Made by a program: the position numbers and the translations under genes. The notes beneath the pieces were generated by a model. That model did not search any database and was not told the origin of the DNA. It was given only the letters and a program-made list of their open reading frames with translations. A stretch of DNA of 64,000 bases, from the NCBI GenBank assembly GCA_040954595.2, contig CM082577.2, forward strand, positions 11,937,654 to 12,001,653, given 5' to 3'. Shown here one piece after another: positions 25,160-39,030 of this stretch. This stretch comes from Balanoglossus misakiensis (taxonomy: Eukaryota; Animalia; Hemichordata). Numbering within the stretch: the first letter of the stretch is position 1; each line of letters opens with the position of its first letter.

Positions 25160-26189
25160 GCCCAGCACTGGCCCTAAACCTCGTCCCCATCGCTATCGAA
25201 AATTAACACCGGTGCAGCACCGGCGTAAAGCGTTGAACTTCTCACTTATTTTTTTCCGTCGGAGTCGAATCTGGGCCGGTGAAAACGTTTCAGTGAGAAC
25301 GCCCGAACGTGTGCACCATCATCAAGTCTTGTTTCAGTTTCTCCGATGGATTAAGTCAGTTGGAGTCACAGGGATTCACAAGGCTATCTTGAACTGGCAA
25401 GGGCCGTAATGATTGGAGATTAACGTTTCTTCCATAAACTATTTTGAAATTATATGTGTGAAGTTTGATCAAAAATTAATATTTACAATGAATAAGCTTA
25501 CAGACCATCTCATAAAAAAGTGATTTATTATATAAAACGAATAATATGAAAGTCACATAACAAAATGCCTACTTGCCCAATTAGCATATATAACAATGTC
25601 AATGGAATTTCGTCTTATAACGTGAAAAGTACTCAACCAGTTTCAATGTATTCTAAGAGAAACGGAAGAGTTAGTTTGCAAATGTGAATATGTAAGGCTT
25701 ACTTAAAAGTACAACTTTCGACCAACTCTATGGCGACGTCTGACATCACAAGAACAAATATTATGGTTTACACGTATATTTCATCAACATTAAAACGTTA
25801 TGACGATAGCAACGGTAACGACATCAATAGCCATTCAATGTAAAGGTGCAGCATTTTGTCACCAGCAGTCAAGAATTTTAGGTCAAATGACAGTAGGTTT
25901 GACAGAAGTTTGCGGTGGTCAATAATACAAGTGTATTATGGCGAATGCTTGTCACATAATATTTTTGATGTATCTAAACATCAATAAGTAAATTTGCTTC
26001 TGTGCTTCTGTGCACTGAAGAACAAAGAGAAAACCGCAGAGATAGGCACAATTCAAACACGCGAATTGACGCTCTTATATCCTTATCTCAGAATGTTTGT
26101 TGATGTCACATCGTTTCGCTTGTCATCAAAATCTTGCGTGTGGGCTGATTTTTTCTCCACCGTGACTACAGCCTGCAACGGATACTAGG

Positions 26190-26485
26190 TTCAGACAGGG
26201 TAAAATCTGAGACACTTATTTGCCTTTTGTGAACACAGAGCATTAATCCTTTGAGTCGCGTTGTGTCCACACACACACAGTTTATGTATAGGCGCTGAGG
26301 CTCGGCCCCCACAGACGATGGGTTGCGGAGAGGTGTCCTTACACCGGCTCAGGTCTGGCCGGAAAAGCCGTCTCAAATCTGAGACGTTTCAGGACCACTT
26401 ACACCGTCCACACGTGTTTTTTAAAGACGGTATATGATCTGGGACGCTTCAGAACCGTCTTATTGGTGTGTGTTTGACCCCATAA
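26190..26485. repeat. Dispersed repeat, copy 2, just downstream of the SLC2A-like stop codon
   Basis: Colinear similarity to 4965-5225. Confidence 0.8.
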
Positions 26486-26512
26486 TAATGATGTAAACTC
26501 CTCCGGTGCGAG

Positions 26513-29500
26513 TTACTGCTTCTTTGCCTTCTCGCAGTCTATACTTGTCAGCCCGTTCGTAAATGTCAGGTCCTTTGTACTCTTTAGTCGAAACTGTGAG
26601 ACGATTTCTTCAAAACTCTTCAGTTTTGTCTCCGGCACCAGGAAATACGTAAATAAGGTGTAGTAGATCATAAAAACCATAAACAAGGCAAACATGTAGG
26701 CTCCCATTGCAGACTGGAAAATAAGACAAAAAGAACAGGAAAAAACGTTAATCCCGTTTGCAGACCCTGGTTCGAGTTGTAACAATAAGTCTCACCATAT
26801 CAGTACAGCGGAATAAATGCCTGACATTGCCTCTCCACTAGAGGGCACCGTCAAGGTCATTGACGGCGCCCTCTTGAGAGGCAACTAACTGACAGTGATA
26901 AAATATTGCCAATAGAGGATGTCAATAGAGGGCGACTTTATCTTTAAGAAAACAGCTTATCCAAATGATATTCTCAGAGAGCACTTTTAATTCCACACTC
27001 ACCTGCATAAATGGGAATAAAAGATTGACGAGAAAACCGCTCCACCACTGGACTTGCACACCAATGCTAACAGCTGCAGGCCTGGGACCTTGTGACCAGA
27101 GCTCAGGCACCATGATATATGATAGTGTAGCTATGAATATTAATCAGGTAAAAAATAACGTTAGCAACATATTAACAAATGTGGGGTTTTCACAAAGGGG
27201 TGAAGTATGCGTTAAAAGCTGAATCTGCATGAATGTATGTATATGTGTCTTTTTTTCCAACCACATTAAAATCTGCCAACCCTCCGCACGGTGACTATAG
27301 TGTACGACTTTTCCAGTCTTGGGCATATACGTATTGCGTAATACTGTACTCTGTATTCCTCTCGACAAAATGTTTAGTTAGGAATTCTTGACTTTAATAT
27401 ATTAAAGGCCGACAATCGTCTTATGCATATGTGAGTAATTTCGCGTGCAAAAACATTACATCCAATTTAAACGCTATGCATGTTATGCGATCGCCGCCCT
27501 TTAAGTCTAAGACAGATTGCCAGTCACGATATGTGTACTATAGGCTTTGTAGTAAGTTAACAGAGATTGAGACTACTCTAGTTTCACCTGTCACAAGACG
27601 CATGTTGTCTTTTAAAGGCCTTTGACGTCCGAAATATTATCTGTTGGACATGTCAAATTGCCATTCACTTAATTGTGAGATATCAAGGAACAATGAATTC
27701 GCCATACCATGTATGGACAAATTTACATTACCTGGTCCAATTGAAAAGAAGAATATGGAGCAATAGATACATATCATGCTGATATAGGCCCAGGCATCAG
27801 CTTGATAAGGATTCTGTGATAGAGAGAAAAGTAAAAAAAATTATGTTTAGATTAATAAGATGTTGTGTTCTTGTTAAGAAAATTACGTAGGTTGTCAGCC
27901 GAATTGAGTATGGCGACTCTCTTGTCTCAGATCATTCTGCGCGTGCGCGTATTACTGTAAAACACTTTATTTTCGCGAGTTAAAATTTTCGCGATATCGA
28001 GAGAGGCCATTGTTTCGTGAATATTAATTTTCGCGTTCCCTTATTTCATTCACTGCATCGTTATCTTCAAAAACAATTTACGCGACTTATTATTTTCACG
28101 CTATTTTGGATCTCGCGTAAAGATTTGAGAAGCCTCATCTGTCGTTCTTTTCTAATATGGCGAGTTTCTTGACACTGAAATTGTGTGTGTTACATGTACT
28201 ACTTACCGCTAAATTTAATGACAGTGTTATAAGAGCATTGCAGAATACCAAAGCAGCCAGATTATACAGAAGCAAAGGTCTTCGACCAACTCGGTCGATA
28301 AGTAAGATCTGGAAGTGAAAGTTAACCAGATATGATTGCTTGGACACGGAGAGGATTAATTGAAGCGATTATAAAAAAAAGTTGATTTGGAGCTGAAACG
28401 CAAATCATTGTGGGTGATTAATGCACGGATTCCCCGTCGATGGACAACAAGACTGTTGATATATGAAAATAGACCCAGTTCAATACAGCGTTAAAATATT
28501 CGTCTGTCTGCAGATTTATGACGTACTGCCATAGACCACTTCGCGGATAAGGTATCTGCAATGCATGATGGTATAATTTGCGTTCAACCTCGCGTCTAGT
28601 ACCCGGTACAAGGCTAACGCACGCGATCAGAACGCAAACTGTCCCACAACCCCTCCGTTATTTTATTCGCGATGTGGTCCATGGTGAACCATGCCTTCCA
28701 AATACCATATGCATCCCCAAGAATACGTTCATGAAAATTCCAACGTATCGTGGCCCACGTAAGAAATGTGCATAATGTATGTCGTGCGTCATTTCCATTA
28801 CATAATTATGTCCAGTTCCCCTAGTCCAAGAAATAAAGCGGAGTGATCCCGCCGTGTACTCACAGAAATACAGGATGCACAGAGTTCCACAAAACCCATT
28901 CCAAGAATGGCGTAATTCACAGCATCCGGGTCATTAGGCCAGATCATTTCAAAGACGGTTCCTGCATATTGATACATCTGGAATCACAGGGGGGAAATGA
29001 TATTACTCATCTTCAAAGTCAATTTAAATACTTTTAAACAATCCTGCTGAGGTCATTTTTTCTGATCTTCTCCGATGGGTTTACCATTAGCATACATGTA
29101 ATTGGCAACGGCCGTCTGATTTACTTTTCTGTCTAAAGCCTGATGAAAGATTGAATCGAATACAGATAATTAGTTTCATGAGAAGTTCCTTAGAAGACTT
29201 TCCCCCAATGCAACTGGCTTATTAACCTGTCAAATTAAAATCAATAAATTTCAGCAAAATTTGCTCGAGATAATGATGTTTAATGATTGTGATAAAATAT
29301 GTAGGCTACCATGAGACACATTCTTATGAAAGTGATCGAGTAACCAGTGTAGTCTCGCAGGGTCATAACGTAAACTCAACCATAGACAAACACTCGAAAC
29401 GAGAAAAAAAAATAGTGAGTACAGTTCAAATAAAAAGACTGGATAAAGAACGCGTAAAAACGCAAAGACTGGCACATGGGGGCGCCTTTGGCTGGTACCC

Positions 29501-32500
29501 TGCCTCGGTGACAAACTTGCCTAGTCACGTGAGACGAAGGGGGCGCCATAACGCAACCCTGGCTAGCTCGTATATATGTACTCGTCTGTCGAGCTTATCA
29601 GGTCACGTGAGGTCACCAAATTTCTGTTTTCAAAAACTCTTACCGCAGGGATGCCCGAGAACTGCACTGATGACATCACCGTTACGCTGATTAATAGTGG
29701 TAGTCTGTAGCTGGGATTTATAAACAGTCCAGCGACGCCAACTCTTTCTTCCTTCAACTCGTGCGTGTGTTCTAGCACGATTTCGTCAACGACCCAACCG
29801 ATATCGGACGTTCCATAGTATTTAGTCAAGGCTATATGGGAAGAAGAATAATACACTCATGATCTATTTTGCTCGCGATGTTATATTGCAATATAGGCCT
29901 AACATTAGTACAGAAAGTATATTGTGAGAAAATAAACGACGCCTAATTTTAATTTTGCAGGGGTGTGTTTACTATGTAAACAATGGAATCCGCGATTGTT
30001 TATACTTAGACACTTTAATTGTACACGATCTTGCCTGATGTCTTTCAGATTATTTTGCTGGATTATTTTATATTGTTTTATAATTTTGCCAAATCTTAGA
30101 TCTATGAAATTAGATTTCTTCGGTGGTACACAAGAAAGTAGGCCAGCATGACAGTTTACGACGAAACAACATTATAATCGGATTAATATTTGAATATCTA
30201 AATTTGGGATTTCAGGTAAGACGATTTTTTGAAGAAGACAGTCTTATGACATCGCTGTCTCAAGGCTTATTAACCCCACTGAGGTCCAAATAATACAAGG
30301 TATAACGAACTGAAACAATTAAAAAGTTCTGATTCCAGGACAATCTTTCGTAGATGGATACGATTGTACTGAAATGAACTACATGTATGTCTTACCTCGC
30401 TTCGAAGATTTCGGGTCGACATCCACAATCATTGACCAACGCGGGCTTCCGGGGCATGGTGGAAACAGTACAAAATGAAGTGCAGAAAACAGTCCGCTTA
30501 TTGCCAGCAAAATGTGCCAAGTGTCTTCGGTGTTCAACACAAAAATTCCCAACGTCTGAAAAATGAGGGACAAAATTAGACATTGGTTGCGGACAATGAT
30601 CTTCATGACCCAGTGGTTTAAGTGAAATGTAACTTAATTAAGTTACTACATGTATAACACTGTTTCGCTAATTTTGGGTTTTGCGCATTAAATTTTACCA
30701 CATCAGTCTGTGAATGTAAATGGAGTAACGTTTGCTTCTGAGCAAACATTCCTATATTTCTAAATGTCTAAATGTGCAAAAGCAAAAACAAATGAACGGT
30801 TGGTAAGGCCAAATAAAAAAATATTTGCTGTTCCGATTACCCGACCTACCCTAATTTTAACCCGCCGACCCTAAACTTTTTAGAGCTTTGTAAACCTGGA
30901 AGTAAAAATATCGACGTCAAATATGCAATTTTTTTATTGTGCGAATCATGCAAGAACTTCGACGTCATTCTTCTATACTAGCGGCCAGAAAAAAAAAATC
31001 GCAATGAAAAACATTTCCCAACCTACCTACCCTATTTTTGAAAACCATGTAATCGGAACAGCAAATATTATTTAATTGGCCTAATTACTTGCGTCGTACA
31101 TCCAGGATTACCTGTGCTAATATGATACCAACAGGCAAGAACAGTTTCTGATTTGTGCCTATAGCTCCTCTGTACTTGGTTGGTGAAATTTCCGAGAGAA
31201 ATAATGGTGTTATGGAAGTCATGATTCCTATGAAGCAAAGAAGATTTGTGATGATCATTTGTCTCGTTCAGTCATGGCCGTAGCCTTACCATGAAATAAG
31301 CTGTCAGGTACAAGAACTTTAAAGGGACAAAGTCTCTCTCCTTTGCTGCCCTTTTCCATTAATTATGTTTGATACAATACACCGTTTATGTTATTCTGCA
31401 TGTGGATATATATTGAATCAACATTCGATGTACCACATACAACTTCCATCCCACTTGTAGACACGAGAGCGAAAATGAATAATCGGTGTTTACCATTTAT
31501 TCATTTTGGGGGAGTTTTGACCCTCGTATCATACAAATGGGATGGACGTGTATAAATGGTGTATTGTATCAAACATAGTTAATGGAAAAGGGGCAGCGAG
31601 AGAGACTTGGTCCCTTTATGCCAAGGCGTAAAATTAATATTATTATAATAAATAACAATGTTGAGTTCATGTAGATACTCATTTGATTAGTATATACTTG
31701 AACAATTCTGCATTGTGATCGACCGTTCTGCATTGGCGGGATTGGGTAAGGAATCTCATGACACGGACTTTGGTACTAACTCTGATTTCGAAATTTACGG
31801 GAAATACACAGCGAAATGGCGTATTTTCTTCAATTCGGCTGCCCTTTAGACAAATTTCGAAATTAGTTTGGATTTTCATCTTGCCTCCATTATTTTACGT
31901 TCATTATCTCAGTATAGTGGATACAATGTACTTTCACCATCGACATTGGAGAGAAACTCACCGCAGTAAAGGCCACTGACAATACGTCCCATGATGACCA
32001 ATTCGAAATTATTGGCAATTTTACTTGAACCGAACATCAAGGCGGCGCTGATAGAAAACACATTGATGAGTAGTAGACCGTATTTCCTGCAATGAAATCG
32101 GCGGAGACTGTGATGATCAACAATTCAAGTAACACAGTGTATACACGATGGAAAAATAAACAGGCGAGATTATTGTATAGTGACCATGTACTTGTAATAA
32201 CACCTATGCTAAGTCATGTCATTCTGGCCCTTTTACATAACCAAAGTACGTGTATTGTAATTACTGCACAGGGCGATGACAATTATATTGAGGCGCATTG
32301 AAAAACAAATACAATAGACAATCTAAGCCAAATGCACACAGTACAATATATGGTACAATCCTTAAAGGATATTATGAACTGTTAATCAATCAACCATGGA
32401 ATCATGTACGTCGAAAAGAGTGCAGAACCCTGCTCCACCTCTGACACCTTAAAATATATATTATTATTATTATTTTTAAGTGATTGGGATTATTCTGATG

Positions 32501-35500
32501 CAGTTTCATCGTGCCATCCAGAAAAGGAAATGTTCAACCCACCTGCCCATGATATCACCTATGGATGGTGCGGCGATTGCTCCCAGAGCGCCCCCAACAG
32601 AAAAGGAGGCGGCTGTCATGGCCCACAACCAATCCATTGTCTGTTGTGTCATTTCACCATAGCGTTCTGTGTACGATTGGTTGTAAAATTCCTGTATGTG
32701 CTAGATGGATATATATATATATAATCAGCTAATCAATATCGAGCTCATAAGGCATTCCGTTCGTTTAACTCAGAAAGCAAGAATGGTCTCATTGTGTATG
32801 CCGGGGAGTCGATAGAAATAATGCGGACTTCAGGATGTTGGCGCAGAACATAAACTGGAAAACTGCGCGCAACCGTCTTTTCCCCACAGGATTACATTGA
32901 TAATTGATAAAGAAAACAAACTTCTACTATTGTCATTTTCACGAAATTTTACACATAGCCCAGTCCAGTAAATATAAATTCATTGGTCAAATAAAATCGT
33001 GTGGTCACCGCGCTCTATTTCGAGATAGATTTCGTTAAATATTTGCCCATAGACAAACCATTGGTGAAAAATGCTGAGTCGGCAGTTTTCTTCTATTATC
33101 GACCAGATGCATGGCTCAGTCTGTATTTCAAAAAACAAACGTGGTGACCCCTATATTTTATCGCGGATTTTCATTATACATACACAGGATAATCCAAAAA
33201 CCCACAATAAAAAGAAATGACAATACTTTCAATTTTGACGAACGAATTTGCTATTCTATCTTCAAGACTTGAGAATATAGAATTGCAGGACAATACACAC
33301 GTCACACCGTATACATACCTGCGTAGGAGCCGCTAGCACACCGAGGTTATAACCGTATTGACCGGCGCAACAAAATGACACCACAACAGCTGCATATATC
33401 AACCATGCCGTCAGTCTCACCTGCAGACAAACCAGTTGGTTTCAAATCACACTTGTGACTTGAGCTAATTCTCTATCAGCTTTACAGCAAATGTATTATC
33501 TAGATAAATAGTTCAATGCTTGTTTTTTTTGCGCAGTGAAAATAATCGCAAAGGATCGGTTTTGGCTTATTGTATTAAAGGGACAAAGTCTTTCTCGCAC
33601 TACCCTTTTTCCATTAATTGTGTTTGATACGAGGCGCCTTTTATGTTATTCTACATGTGGATATATAGTGAATGAACGTTCGACCACACGCGACTTCCAT
33701 CCCACTTGTAGACACGAGCGTAAAAAACTCGCAAAAATGAATAATCGGTCTCTACCATTTATTCATTGTGGCGAGATTTTTAATCTCATATCCTACAAAA
33801 CGGGATGGAAGGTGTGTGTGGCTGAACGCTGATTCACTTTATATCCACATGTAGAATAACATAAACGGTGTCTTGTATCAAACATAATCAATGGGAAAAG
33901 GGCAGAGAGAGAGAGACTTTGTCCCTTTAAAGTTATAATGATGTCACTGAATTTGAATATAACATATGTTTTTTTTCTATGAAGCGTTAAAGTGGCGGCC
34001 ATATGTCGAACGTGCCAGTTTAGACACACGTCTCTCAGTCAGTAAAAGACAGAGCATTAGAATAGTTTGAAACTAAGATCATGAAAAATTCGATAAAAAG
34101 ACATGGTGCTTAAATGTGAAACCCGTATTTCGATTGCACCACGGGCGAAAGAGAAAAACTGCGCCTGCGTCTAGTTTTCCTTAGAACACTGATCCACTCT
34201 GCGTGCGACATTTTATCGTAGGTTGTGACGGTTATTCACTCCTGAGTTATTTATAGAGCACCGTTTTTAGACAGGTGTGATATTTTTAGCACGACAGATC
34301 TATAACGATTAACTACTGAGTGATAAGGATTCTGCTATGCACCGTTGTTTAATTGACATGGTCACCTGGTCAGTACACTTTGACGTGCTGGACCTATACC
34401 CCTTCATGATTCAGTAAACGTGTGGACCATGCCTAGCCTGGGACTTCATTATTTCTTTCCGAGTAATATGAATCGATGTGGTTTTGTGTTGTTGTTTTTT
34501 TTCCGCAAAAATGTTTCCAGAAGTTATAAAGTAATATTGTGATATGTTCTCGCGGTGCAGTGTTCGTGAATAAATGGCAGACCCCTCTGAACTGCGTAAA
34601 TAAGCAGATTCCTCGGACTGATCATTGTCCCTAGGTTTGGGGAATGCGTGTTACGTGAACGGCACATGAAATGACTTGAATAATAAAACAAAGACATTTA
34701 AAAAGAAAAGAGGGCAGTTGAACGTGGTGACCATGGCGAATGATCTGCCAAGCAAAATATTTATATTACGAGAATTTAGGTCACGATATTCTCAGGCAAA
34801 CAAAGTCATGCGATGCTGGTTAAAGCTGCCGATGGGTTATCGTGACATTGCAATCCGATGCTGTGAATTATTTAAATTGTATAGGGAGCTGTCAACTGAA
34901 ATGTCGGCAGGAGAAATGAGGGATTACAATTCTCACGTCTCCATACGTTTCTTTTGAAATACATAATTTGGTTGGGGCAAACTCGGTCACCTTTTGTTTC
35001 TAAAAATCAAAGTTAAAATCAAAATATAGTCATATTTGTTTGGTAATTTCTACCCCCCCCCCTCTTTATGATTTCTGACAGCTCCCTTGCGATATGACGT
35101 TATCTACGAGTGTTGTATGTAATAAACGTGCTAATCGTATCAATTCACAATAATGTGAATTTGTCCCTCGTTTCTGTCCTTTTCGTTACTGGGAGGACAA
35201 ATGAGAAATACATTCCAATAACCTTGACAATGACATTCACCGCAATCATGACATAACTGTCGATATTTGCATAATCAACCTGACCTCAGCGTGAACTCTT
35301 ACAGCGCCGACAATATGGCGTATATCTTGGCTACTTTTAGTTCTAGCATGGAGACCTCCATGGTTCTAGCACAATATTTGACATCAGATCATGTTGACGA
35401 CAACTACGTGGCTTCCAGTCTGGCATGGGTCGAGGAAGAATAGTTTTTTGAATCGGAGGCAGCGAGTCAGACATATTGAGTTATTTATAGACTTATCTTA

Positions 35501-36641
35501 TCCGAACTGCAAACAAACTCATGCGATCCGCTACTGTACCTCAGATAAACTACCTCATATAGAGTATATTTATAGCATTTTATGGCTGTTTGCTTCAAGC
35601 AACATGGCAACGTGAAAGAATACGATGTATTTTTAGAATCAATGAGCGCAAACTGATGTTAATCACTCCTGGTCCGCGTGTCAGAATTATACGAATCGGG
35701 TAATGGCAACCAAAAGCAGAAACTTGACAAACAAAGACTTGTGGACTTGTCAGTCAGTTTCGCCTGTGTTAATTGCACTATACGAATTACCGTGGGAAAA
35801 TATGTCACGAAGAAATGAAATAAAACCTTGTGAATTCCGGTGAACTTATATAACACCAAAATAGTCACAGACTAGACAATCAGTTGAACACTGATTTGCT
35901 ATCTCTGGTTGTATCTTCAACTTAGAACGTTTGCAAAGAAAAATATTAAAACGTTTGCACAGAAAAACAATCTTATTTTAAAACATGCAAGTAGACTTTT
36001 CTCTATGTAGTCTGACGGCTTCTGGTAGCTTAATATTCCGATGATATCTCAACTTATTTTGCACTGCACCTAATTTGTAGTGTCTCTTGGTAAATACAAT
36101 GAATGCAGGCGTGACTCCAAAACTGTCTGATACTGAAAAGCGCGTCCGCGTTACCTAACAGAACGTCCTTTGGACGCGACGCTAATCGCACAGTCACTTT
36201 GCCTGGCGGCGCGTCGTACGCAGTATGAAAGTTCCCTTCCTTTCGACAGGCACAGCGACTGCCATAGAGTCTAGCGCAGCACCTGTTTGATGTTGCATGC
36301 GCCGCACTTTCCCTTCGACATGTGAGCTCAGTAAAGTGCATATCGTTTTCGTTGCTATCTGTATCGAAGTCTGCCGTGGCTATCTACGCGACTTTCAGGC
36401 ACATCCGATATTAATAATACGTCCGGGATGATTGGTATCAATAAATTTAACGTACATGCACGAAGTAGCCAGTGTGATCAGAAGGCTTTTGTTTGATTTT
36501 ATAGAAAGATTCTTGTTTAATGAGAAAAAATAAACATTCTGAGACAAGCTAAACTAAGAAATACATAAAACTTGGTATTACCTCGTTTGTTGGATCTTGC
36601 TTAAACTTTGGCTTCGTCTTCAGATGTTTACGTATGGCCAT
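26513..36641 (-). CDS. SLC2A/GLUT-family facilitated transporter (MFS sugar porter), 12 exons, ~511 aa
   Basis: Exons 36641-36582, 33420-33319, 32700-32543, 32086-31962, 31227-31112, 30555-30396, 29831-29644, 28977-28864, 28308-28207, 27813-27732, 27130-27003, 26713-26513. All GT-AG with consistent phases; total 1536 nt. Motifs QYGYNLG, GRK, SEISP..YRG, PGSPRW, DRVGRR, ELWSQGPRPAA and VPETK. Exon 1 is the least certain. Confidence 0.93.
30807..31081. mobile_element. GGCC-ended MITE family with TAA/TTA TSD (other copies 40497-40803, 41375-41692, 61675-61932)
   Basis: TAA|GGCCAAATAAAAAAATATTTGCTGTTCCGATTAC...GTAATCGGAACAGCAAATATTATTTAATTGGCC|TAA. The four copies share the internal CCCGACCTACCCTAATTTT. 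Confidence 0.9.
33579..33926. mobile_element. Kolobok-type MITE with TTAA TSD (other copies 31323-31615, 63177-63519, partial ~60438-60618)
   Basis: TTAA|AGGGACAAAGTCT...AGACTTTGTCCCT|TTAA with ~140-bp imperfect TIRs. Confidence 0.9.
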
Positions 36642-37748
36642 TTTTCTTGTCGGTGAAATGTATGTCCGCTCTTGTGTTCTTCGTTAAAAAAATATTGATC
36701 TAATACTTCTGAGGCGGACTCACATTTTAAATTTTACTGAGCTCAGACTCGCAGCCAATTACTCGCTAGTATAGTGAGCATGTGAGGAGCATTGTTTTGT
36801 CACGTTGTCAGCCCCTGGGGCGACCTGGATTCACCCAACACCAAAATAGTATTAGGTCACGATATCTGTACTGACCACGCCGAACCGGCGTGTACTCCTA
36901 AGTAAACAGTATCAACCAGCCTGAGTATCAACATAAGAATGATGGAAATGCAATGTATATCAGCCCTATGGATAAAGGTCATTGTCCTATTAGCCAATTA
37001 TTAAGCCAGGGTGGCAGTCTCGGTTACCCAGACCCCTCTGCTTCTTCCGTTGGCGCTCCAGTATTTGACCAATGAATTTATGATTGGGCAATGTGTAAAC
37101 TTTCGTGAAAATGACAATGTAGAAGTATGTTTTCTAGCAATTATCAATGTAATCCTATGGGGAAGAGACACACGCGCGCTGTTTACCAGTGTATGTTCTG
37201 CGCGTACATCCTTTAAGGTATACGGTCACCTATGGAAAATGTATACCTATAGTTACCATGGTAAATGAGATCTAGCCAACTACATATTTTCAGTGGGTGG
37301 CACACGCGAAAAAAAGAGCGCCACCATGTGTTCTTAAGAACACTCAGATACCCAATTTCAGCCATATATGGACGTATGTAATTTGGTGACCGTATAGTAC
37401 TTTAAGTGTGTAACTGAAAGTACTGGTTAAAATGGGATGAATACTAGCAACATGCGTGATACGTCCAGATAACTACGTAAATGTTAATTTTACTGTCATT
37501 TACCAAGTTCTGATATGAAGTAGTTCTATTTCTCAGGTTTGGTATGACATTGCATGGTATGTTTTATCTATTTTAGACGTCCTTGGTTGTGAAGTACGTA
37601 GGTCATAAATTCTTTAGCAATTTACCCATGTAGCCAATCATTTCAACAAAGGAAAACTAAAATGAAGGGCGCCGGAGATTAAAAAATGGAAATTAATCAG
37701 CATCTCTCAAAGTGTAGGTAGGCTTTAAGAGGTATCGCCCACTGCATA

Positions 37749-37953
37749 CTGTAAAACGGTTTATTTTCGCGACTGGAAATTTTCGCGATATCAAAAGGGG
37801 CAACTGTTACGCGAGGATTAATTTTGGAGTTCTCGTATTTCAACTAACTGTTATCTCCGAAAAACATTTTACGCGACTTTTTATTTTCACGTTTTTGGGG
37901 ATCTCGCGTATTTCGCAAAAAATTATTGCTCGCGAAAATAACCTGTTTTACAG
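37749..37953. mobile_element. TA-flanked Tc1/mariner-type MITE (truncated relative at ~27954-28120)
   Basis: TA|CTGTAAAACGGTTTATTTTCGCGA...TCGCGAAAATAACCTGTTTTACAG|TA. Confidence 0.85.
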
Positions 37954-39030
37954 TATATGTGACCCGGGCATTGTACTGACAGAAAAGAAACGACATATAT
38001 TTGCATATCGAGCAAATCTTTGACTAGAGAATTAAGGCCTGAATGCTAAGCGTTCATGCTGCTAAGGTACCTACGTGTATTAGTAATTATAGTGAACCCA
38101 CATTCGAATTTATTTCTGCTGTGGCAAAATTATCTTTCATTTGGTCATTCGTTTAATTTCGAGTTGTTCCTCACAGTATGTTCCCCTTGATTGCGAATGA
38201 CCTCATACTTGCCTCCGATGGCACTTGATAATAAAATGAAATTTATAAATTCATCAATATAATCGCCTTGTAAATTATTTCATTTATTCTTAATATGGTC
38301 CTCTGTCAATTATGAAATATTTACACCGATGTAATTTCGCTGTTAGGCACGTGGGAGTAGAAATTCGCAATCAACGGTCACCTTGTCTAGTTTCCTTTCT
38401 GTTTATAGTCCATTTCATGCCAGGGATGAGCACGTACATCAACTTGCGTGATACATTCAGTAACTTTTACAGTCACTTGCCACATTCTAATATGAGGTAT
38501 TTTAATTTCACTTGTTTTGGTATGACAGTGTAGACATAATCTTTTCCATTTTAGACACCCTCAGACTTGGTTGTGAAGTTCGTAGGTCATAAATTGTTTA
38601 GCACTTTATGCTTGAGCGATATCATGTACGTGTAGCCAATCATTTCAACAAAGGAAAACTAAAATGAAAGGAGTCCAAAGGATGAAAATTAATCAGCATC
38701 TTGAAAGTGTAGGTAGGCTTCAAGGGGTACAACGTCACTGCATATATTAACCGGGCATAGTTCGTTCCGACGAATATACAGCATATATGACTAGATGCAC
38801 TAGTTAGTTATAATACTCGCCGTGACGCTGTCATGTATTGGTGAATTGTTATGAAGGAGATTGGCAGATAATTATCGTCACATCCCACTATAGGCATGTG
38901 CAATGACGAATAAATCGACTTATAATAAGATATATGCATCATTGTCAGGCATTAGTTTGTCCGAGTAGTATTTGGCTGAGAGTTCGTTTGCCATAGTTTG
39001 CAATGCACACTGCAGCATGTTAGGTAAGAC

